64,000 nucleotides of DNA from Chrysomallon squamiferum (Eukaryota; Animalia; Mollusca). The stretch is from assembly GCA_012295275.1 (NCBI GenBank), contig CM022669.1, positions 2,294,001-2,358,000 on the forward strand, given 5' to 3'. Under the pieces are notes generated by a model. The model did no database searches and was not told where the DNA came from. It saw only the letters and a program-made list of their open reading frames with translations. The position numbers were made by a program, and so were the translations under genes. This document shows, in pieces, positions 54,224 to 64,000 of the stretch; positions within the stretch are counted from its first letter, which is position 1, and the number at the start of each line of letters is the position of its first letter.

Positions 54224-54366
54224 GTGAGAATCGTTTATTCAAGTATTGATGGTTTTTGTTATTTTACAATTAAATAGCAAAAGACATCCGATTCTAAACA
54301 ACAATATGACAGCCATTTAATTGTAAGATAGCAAAAACCATCAATACTTAATTAAAAGTATCTCAC
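54224..54366. repeat. Inverted repeat with arms of about 55 bp (foldback or MITE-like)
   Basis: TGAGAAT...AAGTATTGATGGTTTTTGTTATTTTACAATTAAATAGC pairs with GCCATTTAATTGTAAGATAGCAAAAACCATCAATACTT...ATTCTCA. Confidence 0.8.
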
Positions 54367-54619
54367 AGCTCTTAATTATAAAGTAGCAACAAGTAACCAA
54401 AGCTTATCGCTACGGTTACAAGGATATCGTTTTAAAAGGCAAAGGCGCGACCCGCTGCTTGTTTACAAGTCCTGTTCATCTTCAGACGACGCTAATTCGA
54501 TGTTTGTTTTTAATCATGTGAGAAGATGACTAAACCTGGCACACGTTCCAGATAAAGATCTTCTTTACGATAAATCTCGTTTTTCTAACCTTCACTGCCA
54601 GTTACTGTTCTTTGTAAAA

Positions 54620-54735
54620 ATGAAGGTCCTTTGTGTAATTGTGTCCATCTGTCTGTTGCTGTCTGTACGTATTTCTTACATTTTTACATGATTACATGAT
54701 TTATATATTTATTTAATTTTTTTTTTTTTTATTGG

Positions 54736-54771
<36 letters not shown>

Positions 54772-55800
54772 TAATACAAATACCCTTTACTTTTTTTTTC
54801 TTCTTTTTTTTTCTGGTTGCCCATGCACGCACACGCACCCAGTATTTTTAAATGTGTATTGACTAAATTATTAATTATTTCGCTCCCAGCATGAATGAAG
54901 ACAGAAAAGAGATAATGTTAATTGATTTTACAATCATAATAACGTGAAAGAAAAATAAATAAATAAATAAATATATGAATGAATGAATAAATAATCATAG
55001 AAAATTCCTATTTTTTTTGTATCTATACATATAGAACTTTAAGGGAGATTTGAATTCAAATAGAGTTCAGATATTTTACATTAATTATAATAATACGAAA
55101 AATAATAATAATGATTATTATTATACAACTCTAAAAAAGAAATAAAGAATCTTTTTTTTTGTTAGAATAGCATTAATACAAAAATAAAGTTAAAAAGAAG
55201 TAATATATGTAAATAAGTAAGTAAATAAATAATAAAAGTTAAAATAGAACGTAGGTAAATAAATAAAACAAAAGAAGTAAAAACACTTGCTATATAATTA
55301 CATATGATGCTTAAGCGACAACTTATAATCTAATCCTGTGAAAGTAAAGAATTATCTGATTTCATGTCACCCAGAGTTTTAATCACGAATATTTATATAT
55401 CTGTATCTCTACATCCCTATCACAGTGACCTTATAATTACCTCAGTTATGAGAAGTGATCCATAAAACAGAACTTTTCCTTGTTACATCATTTGCCACTA
55501 CGACCAGGCAATATCACTTCATTCTTCGATATGTTGACCCACACACCCTTTGAAACCATCTTTCATACACCTGTATATTCACAGAACAGTCCCAACGCGA
55601 ACGCCTTCTTGGGAGCCGGCGAATATAAGTGATTACGCCCAGTACGACTGTCCGGAATCCAACAGGCAAATATTCACTATTGACAAAATTCGTATTATCT
55701 TCACACTTGTAGCAAAACTTGCCTCACCCTGACTCGTCGCCAGTCAGATCAATGGAGAGAAAGGAGAGCAGAGAAAATAGTGTTAAAGTTGTCCGCGTAG
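54620..55800 (+). CDS. Two-exon secreted peptide precursor (54620-54664 + 55585-55800) with two in-frame TGA codons: candidate selenopeptide or pseudogene
   Basis: AAAATG start. MKVLCVIVSICLLLS|GTACGT joins in phase 0 to CACAG|NSPNANA-FLG, giving a signal peptide with an AxA site. TGA at 55630 and 55681, CSKTC motif, TAG at 55798, AATAAA at 55994. Confidence 0.55.
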
Positions 55801-56246
55801 ATACAGTTTAAAGTAACCCCGTGTTAAGTACACTGTAAATATGAGTTTGACTGGACAGGAATCCTTGCGTACCAGTGATGGACCTCACACATTTTTCTTC
55901 ATACTGTTTGTATGTTTTGTTAATGTTGTTCTGTAATGATATGTTAATACTTCATTTTGTTGGTATGTTAAAACAGCATTTCAGAGCCTTGTTAATAAAA
56001 CATCATTTCTGTAATTCATTAGTTTGTTAACATTGTACACTTGTTTGTTAGTAATCACTTTCATGCTTTATTAATAGTTTTGCATTGGTTTGCTATGTAA
56101 GGACACATTTGTAATAGAAAGTTGTCAAAAAAATAAATAAATGCTCTGTCAAATTCAGAAAATGTCAGGAATGACAAGTTCGAACAGAATTTAGAACCAA
56201 ACCATAAATTCTATCGATAGTGCTATAGGAAATCTTAAAGATTATG

Positions 56247-56334
<88 letters not shown>

Positions 56335-56759
56335 GCAAAATATATTGTTCTTTTCTTTCTTGACATGCAGGAGCAGATCAGTTGATTTGTTTTAACGTCA
56401 TAAATGAATATAGGTATATATATATATATATCTGTAATGTTTTTTTTTTACTAATTTACAACATTATCACGGACAACTCGTTTAATTTACCGACGTAATA
56501 GATAAATTATGATAGTAATAGGTTCCCGTTAACCGAGAGTTGAATTTAGGTTTTAAATTATGTATGTAAAAAAAACGAAATCGATAGAACATTTTTACCC
56601 ATCAATCTATTTTTCCTGTGGCTTAGAAATATATACAGTTTTACATTATTTAATGTGGCTGTCAACAAGAAAACAGACACATCTAGTTTATTGTCTTTAC
56701 TAATGAATGGTGACCAGGACACAGCATCGGCATTATTTCAATATTGCTGCTATAATTTC

Positions 56760-57790
56760 ATTAGCGACAGTAATAGCAGACAGATCGCTGGTATTCGTGG
56801 ACATGGTACTGATAGTACTACTGACGGTAATGGCTGCGGTATCGGTGATGTTAATGCACATGATAGTGCTTGTAGTAGTGAGAGTAGTAACACACTTACC
56901 AGTGGTATTAATACATATGGGATTGGTAGACATGGTAGTACTCGTAGTAGTGATCGTAAAGTGAGAAGTAATGGTGGTAAGGCTGCTATTACCATCACTA
57001 CTATCAGAACTATAATGTGTATTAATACCACCGATACCTCTGCCATTGTCATCACTATTACTGGCACTGCCATGTCTAGGGATACCACCAGTAAGGCTGC
57101 TATTACCATCACTACTGCTAGCACTGTCACGTGTATTAATATCACTGGTAGGTTTCCTATTACTATCAGGACTACGAGCACTATCATGTTTATTAATACA
57201 ACCGTTACCACTGCCATTACCATCACTGCTACCAGTACTATCATGTGTATTAATTCCACTGGTGATTTTCCTATTACCATCACTTCTATCAGCACTATCA
57301 TGTTTGATAATAATACCGATACCTCTGCTATTACGATCACTACTACCAGCACTACAATGTTTACAAATACCACCGATCTGGCTGCTTTCATCAGCACTAC
57401 CACCATTACAGTCATTTGCATTAATAGCCCTGGTAAGTCTCCTATTACCGTCACTACCACAAGCACTACCATGTGTATTAATACCACAAATGCAGCTGCC
57501 AGCACAGACATGTTTATTAATACAAACGTTTCCGCTGCTATTGCTATCATTACTATAAGCACTACTATCTGCACGAATATCACCGACCTGTCTGGTAATA
57601 CTATCACTACTACCAGGACTACCATGTCTACAAATACTAGCAGTAAGGCGGCTATTACCATCAGTACTACCAGCAGTATCGTGTATTAATACCACTGGTA
57701 AGTATCACTACTACCAGCTCTATCGTGTGTTAACAGCACCGATATAAGGCTGCCATTACATCACTACTACCACAGTATTGTTTATTATTA
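56760..57790. repeat. Degenerate 57-bp minisatellite with an orientation switch near 56975
   Basis: CTATTACCATCACTACT... recurs at 56986, 57043, 57100, 57157, 57214, 57271 and 57328. Bases 56760-56960 read as the reverse complement of the unit. Confidence 0.85.
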
Positions 57791-59887
57791 CAACCATAAA
57801 ATATCCTCCAGAATGATATCATTCTGTCGATTCAAACATAGCGTAAGATATGTATATTCCCAGCAACCTTGCCATGGTGTAGGGGTGAATATTCTCAGAA
57901 TGGCCAATAACTGTAGTAATCCACTAAAACACTAACAGATCAAAAGAGTAAAAATCTGTCAGGCGGAAATGGGATGCTGAAAACTTAAAATAAAGAACCA
58001 CTGCTTTATGCTGCATACTGTTTACTGAAATATTTTGCAAATAGCTAGTTTTCCATAGCATTATTATTATTATTATTAGGGTTAGCTTCATATTTTGTGA
58101 AATGTTAATGCCCCAAAATTATATTAAACAAACACGTCTGTGCGTAATATTTGCCAATTCATATTGTGTACATTATCCAAATGGACATTCCAAAGTTAAT
58201 AACTCAAATATTGTTTTTCTTTCATTCTTTCTTGAAAAGGCTGTCACAGATGAAACAGATTTTGCACAAGAATCTCAACAAACTTACAAACATTATTTTG
58301 CTTTAGTTGGCAGATAGAAAGGAAGAAGAAAAAATATATTTAAATCTCTCCTCTTCATTACCAGCAGGTAATAAAACGTAACCTGACTCACAGCAACAGG
58401 CGTAACAGCATCTCACTGGGCTCGATTCCAGCGATGTACAACAAAGACGTGATACATGCTGGCGTTGTATAACTGGCCCAACCACTGCATGTCGCTTTGT
58501 ATGACGAGTCAAACCAATTAAATCCATCCGACATAATGCGAAATAATTTTAATAAATTTATTTTCCTTAACTTCCCAATTTTTGCATGGTTTTTCACATT
58601 TTGACGTAAAAGAGCAAAGATGAAGAATTATTTTGTAACAGAAAACTTTGGCAGTTCAAAATTGACTAGTGAAGCGTTAGAATAGGAAGACAAAAAGAAA
58701 CCAAATAAATTATCATGTTTTATTCTGAACAATGCCACAGTCAAGGAGGATATTAACTAAGTAGTTTATAGGTAATTATTATTATAACATTTCCGACTTA
58801 ACTTTCAAAACACATGATCACAAATGTTACAATTTAAAGTACAATCCTGTAAATATTTAAGGTAATTGAAATCTGCCTTGTGAAACTTTAGTTATTTTAA
58901 GTATATTTCATATGAAAATGTGTAATTATTCAGTCTTATAAATTAAAAGACTGGATAATTATTTTGGAAATATCCTCTTTATTTTATATTGTGTACATCA
59001 TCTGAATGGACATTCCAAAGTTAGAATATTATTAATTCTTGTATATATAATTATCATTAATAACTCAAATATTGTTTTGCCTTCATTCTTGTTTCTTGAA
59101 AAGGCTGTCACAGAGTAAACAGATTTTGCTTCGATTCAATACATTTTATTATTTTCAACAAACACATGTCTGTGGGTAATGTTTACCATTTCAACTTCTA
59201 CAATAAAACAAAAAACAACTGGAATGATGTAGAGAATAACAAAAACTGTACAGTTTTAAAGTGAGAAAAAACAATTACAGGGAACTATTAAATTTTTAAA
59301 ACTTTCTCCTAATTTACAGAGAGTAAACTGCAGACTATTAAAATAAAAAAATAATGAAATTCTAAGCAGTAATTCTGTGTTAATATTATAAAAAAACTTC
59401 ACTGAATGCAAGCCAAATTCTTGTGAAAATTTGTTTTAGTTAAATTTAAATTTCATACCACAACCCAAACATAAAAACAAACCACCCACAAAATAACAAA
59501 TATCCCCACCCTTCCCACCAAACATCATGCCCAAACTCCATCCCAGCACCAAATAGCAATAACTGTTTTGTTTTACAATGGATATTCTGTATGAGTAAAA
59601 CTAGTATTTAAGTATTATTACTGTATCATTATTGAGCAGACAAAAATATGTTGTGTTTTGAGTTTTCTTAAATATTTACAAAAGTAAATGTCAGTAACAG
59701 CACAGAATACTAATAAAGCAGCAATTCAAACTAAATGCCTTCAGCAATTGAGCAGACAACAATTTCTTTTTACATTTGTACAAACTATCATCATATACAT
59801 TAGAGATTATTTGTATTTAGAGAGAATGTTTTGGCAGATTCCAGTAACACGCAAAATATACATTATATATTATGAACTGTTACTAAC

Positions 59888-59923
<36 letters not shown>

Positions 59924-62375
59924 TACACGTAAAACTTCTAGTGACGTATTATATAGATATCTGTAATTATATGTCTAATCATCAAAGATGAAATATATGT
60001 AATACTGTGGTAGATTGAACACAAGTCTTTGCGCAACGAAGAGACATGTTTTAACAAAAAGACCCCAAAGACCATGGAATGAAATCCTAACACTGACAAA
60101 AGAATTTAGCATAATGTTATTTTGTTCAAACAAATACTTTTTAAAATACACTTCACATATGGGAAAGTGCTTTCTTGTAATCCATACTGTAAGTTAAATA
60201 AATGTCAACAAAGTCACCTTGCCAGAAACTTTGAAAAAAAAATCTTACTTAAATAATACTGTTCATTAAATGAAAAGATTATTATTGTTAAAAACATTCT
60301 GTCTCATTTAAGTCAAATGAAGAGAAGATTTTAACCTTTATAAATTTTTTTTATAAAAATGTCTGTTATCAGAACTAAACAATGTTTAAATATTATTAAA
60401 AAATATATTTAAACTTCCCCATTATGCTCTCATTTTTCTATACTAGTAATTAATTTAAGTTCTTAATCTTTTTTCTGCAAGTAATGTCACTGCAAAATGT
60501 GTAATCTGGTTTAACAAAATAGTCTGTAGTATTGCAAGAAAATTAAGAAGGCACAAAGTCCTATGTACATGGTTAGGAAATCCAGCAGCTTCCATACAAA
60601 TAAGACGACGCATGAAATGAAAAAGATACAAACACTATAGAAAAAACAAAACATAGTACATGTCAGTATTAGTATGGCAACAACAAAGTTACAGGACAAA
60701 ACAATTTCAAAGTAATATCTCAGCATTATTTAAATACCATGCAACTTACCAAAATCATACAAAATTATATTTAAAAAAGAAAGGAAGCAATTCATATAAA
60801 ATCATCACCTTATATAACAACCTGAAAACAAATGAAGGGGGTTAAAGAAAACCCTAACAGTTCAAACCAAATATTATTGCACTGATAAATCTAAAACAAT
60901 TTAACACCTACAAGAACAAAATGTCATATTTTTACAGGTAATGGAAAATAATGTCAAGTTAAACTTCACAAATGTTTCAATTGCAACAATAACATAAATA
61001 TTAATGGCATTTAAAGAAAGGAATAAATATGTTAAAATTATATGGATGTCAGATATGGTGAGAGAAAAAAAAAAGTTTGTATATATGTAATAATAATAAT
61101 AAATTAGAAAATAATAGTATATAATTATATTATTAAAATTTTAAAATTTTATAACTGGGCCAGACATTAGTTACATTTACCTTTTCTGAATCTAAGTAGT
61201 GTTTTTCTTCTATGTACAGATATACATAAATCTTTCAAAACAAGAACAAAAATAAAAATGTAAATATATATTAAAAAAAGAAAATTCCTTTCCAAATTGA
61301 AATTGAAGAAATTTATACTTATTATGGTATTAAGAAAACAAAACTGATATTTATTACACATTAACATATATGTAAGTATTTAGTAATAGTAACACATGAA
61401 AATAATAAGACATACAGACTAGATGGAAATAATGAAATTTAAACCCCCCACAAAAAAGGTAGAGTATTAACATGTGAGCAGATGAGTAGGCTGACCAAAA
61501 GCAAGCATTCACAGTCACTTTGTCATCACCACTGTATTTACAAAAAATTTAACAGAGAACAACAAAAAAGGATCCTCATTGTATAAACTACAGCAATAAA
61601 AACAACAACTAACTATACTTCAAGTCTGTTTTTGTTTTTTTACACACAGAAGAGACAAACATGTTTAAACTCATTGTTAACACATTTAAAGAGGTTCACA
61701 TTTTCAATTGGCAATGCAATCTTTACAAACTTCAGTAAATTTTTAAAATGTATTACAAATATATTTCATTAATGTTATCTTAGGGAATTTACTTTACAAA
61801 ATATACTCCATCTCTCAAGACCACATGTATTAACAATCCTTTTTTCACAAACATTGTCTTATTTAGATCATATGCATTAATACAGGAAATTCGTTTTCAA
61901 AGAATAATGTCCAATTTAAATCTTATTTAGTAACACAACTGCAATAATGACCAATGATCAGTTAATATCATTATTTTTGTACAGTAATTATTGTTAACCA
62001 TGTACCATCTTAGGCTACATTCACAAAGTAATGAACTGCATATCTGACCTAGAGAAATGTTGTTATTTGCTATCACTAACTTTACTTTAACCTACATGAA
62101 TATCAATACAGTATCCCTGGTGAGGTTACTGATAGATATAATATTTTAAAAGATGGCCTGATAATGATTTATGTTAGTTTAAAGAAACTGCAATGAAGAT
62201 CAGTAAAGTACTTATAACTTCATATAAATTGTCTTCTAAGTTATTAATGTAGGTTCAGTTAAATGTTTTACATTTTGTTTCAAAACAAATAAACAAAAAT
62301 GTCATGAAAAGCAGTTGATTAATTCCCAAATAACTTCGTTTACAACATGGCAAACTCTACTGGCTGGAAGAGGTC

Positions 62376-63530
62376 TCAGATTTCAAGGTCCACAAACACA
62401 CGTCTGCAGTGAATGATGTGATCATTTCTTGGTTTATCATTGGCTTGCAGACGTTTCTCCTCTCCTGCTGTTAGTTTGGCAAATGCCAGAGCAAATTCTC
62501 TGTCAAATGCATCTGAAATAAAAACAATGTTCAAAAAATTAATTTTTTAAAAACTGTAAAACCAAAGAACCAAATCCACAACCTCATAAAAACCTACTAG
62601 ATCAGTGATATTTTCTTTAAGTTTAACAGCACAGAAATAGACTTACAACATATTGTAGTCTTTTATATCTGTAGATATTTATTTTTTTATTATTATTATT
62701 GTAATGTGTATTTGTAATTTGTAATTTCATTTATTAGAGATTGAGTAATATACTAATAATTTTAAAATATCAGGCTAGCACTATTCCTAATATTATTATT
62801 ACTTTTTTCTTTTTATTTCAGTTGTGTGATTTAAGACAAGTAAAAGTTTTTACCATGGTCAATATTTTCGCGACCACAAGCACTGAAGGCAAGGAAGAGT
62901 ATTTCACGGTACAGACTACGGAACTGGAGTTTCTTTCTCCGCATTCGCCGTCGACTGTTAATAATCAGCTTGATGGGAGAAAGAACATCGTTACACTGTA
63001 TGTTGGAGATTATCTGATGCATGACACTGAAAAAACACCAACAATACAGCACTTTCAGTTTTTTCCTTATTATATAAAAAAGTGAAATTGAAAGTAACCA
63101 AACTGGTACAGTGGTAATAACTAATTTTTAAAAATGTCTGGAACCTATGGTGATAGAAATTAAAACAATCTGCCACTAATATATGTCAGCTCTGACTACA
63201 AACCAGCATAGTATAAAATCTATCAATTTAGCTTGGTTTATGCTAGTGGTAAATCCGTATCACTAGATCTTTAATCCTCCTTCATAATGCTTTATATACA
63301 TCAGATCACTACTCATTTATTGCACCTAAAATAACTTAATCTAGACATTTAAAGATATGCAATTATTAAATGAAATCAGAACTCAAAAATGCAAACATAA
63401 AAGAAAAATAATAAAGTTTAAGTTATACTGAACAAACAACACCAATGTATCTGAAAACAGCAGCGTACTTACGGTGTACTAACATGCTGTGTTTCAGTTA
63501 TCAAGGCATCTAAAGTAGATGAATGATGAC
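62376..63530 (-). CDS. Last three coding exons (63530-63473, 63026-62854, 62512-62376) of an unidentified gene entering from the right edge
   Basis: In-phase GT-AG joins give ...[14 protein letters not shown]...[66 protein letters not shown]. It looks like a conserved globular C-terminus, but I cannot name it. Confidence 0.85.
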
Positions 63531-63724
63531 CTGGAATGGAAGAAAAACTAAAATTACATTTTTACTTAATTATTGCTAACAATATATATTTGGAAATTAT
63601 TAATCTTAAGTATACTTGAAAGAAGTAAATCTGCTGGTATGCTATTTGAGACAAATAATAACAGAGTACACAACAATCAATCTTTATCATTTAGCTGTTG
63701 TAAAGATAATCAAATTAAGTATAA

Positions 63725-64000
63725 GGGTCATTCTGTATCAAATCACCCAATGGGTTAAACCCGACCATCTCAGATTTTTATCAACAATACCAATTTTATG
63801 AAGATTGGATCAGTAGTTCCTGAGATATGAGGGTTCAAAGGTCACATTTTTGTCAAAAATCTCAAAATTTGGTAGGCCATATTTCCCACACCACTGGTCC
63901 GACTGGGCTAAAATTTCAGATTTGGTGCTGTGGGATCCCAATCAACAAGTATACCAAGTTTTATAAAAGTCTGAGACGGTTGGGTTTAAATTTCTTTTTT
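63725..64000. mobile_element. Left part of a TIR-type repeat, same family as 1..177
   Basis: Terminal GGGTCATTCTGTATCAAATCACCCA, an internal inverted repeat (63755-63780 against 63963-63988), and blocks shared with 47-147. Confidence 0.65.

Noticed and set aside
55550-55732. 60-aa ORF as the product of the peptide locus
   Set aside because: TTG start, and out of phase with the signal-peptide exon. Relevant only if the gene is frameshifted.
55935-55990. Second SECIS candidate starting AUGAUAUGUUAAUAC
   Set aside because: No apical AA at the expected distance and no well-placed 3' GA partner.
56655-57695. Mucin-like or other real CDS from the 344, 320 and 303-aa ORFs
   Set aside because: The ORFs arise from a 57-bp repeat open in several frames on both strands. 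There is no signal peptide or splice support.
58303-58597. Cys-rich (CCYACCC) or MSDGFNWF ORFs as proteins
   Set aside because: Short, no recognisable family, and no in-phase downstream exon found. More likely a UTR exon or regulatory DNA.
62741-63085. Plus-strand 114-aa ORF
   Set aside because: Antisense shadow of the minus-strand exon 63026-62854.
1-64000. One giant composite transposon bounded by the matching repeats at both window ends
   Set aside because: The termini face outward (right end at 177, left end at 63725), so these are two separate copies of a common repeat.

Overview
AT-rich, intron-rich animal genomic DNA with GT-AG spliceosomal introns, microsatellites and TA-flanked DNA transposons. 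It is probably an invertebrate, possibly a mollusc, but that is inference. The ORF track uses alternative starts and is mostly noise, so gene models were rebuilt by hand from splice signals and phase continuity. Gene order: kelch-repeat gene (-, runs off the left edge); INTS14 (+); a small intronless ORF with two tandem NOXA-like BH3 motifs (-), head-to-head with an MCL1-like Bcl-2 gene (+); a shorter MCL1-like paralog (+); an uncharacterised 6-exon gene (+); LRRC61 (+); a large disordered tail-anchored protein gene (-) holding a dead Mutator element; a 58-bp satellite; a two-exon secreted-peptide gene with two in-frame TGA codons at Cys-like positions (+); a 57-bp minisatellite; and the 3' exons of an unidentified gene (-). 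The two best leads are the linked BH3-only/MCL1-like apoptosis cassette and the possible selenocysteine-containing secreted peptide. No database searches or folding programs were run.
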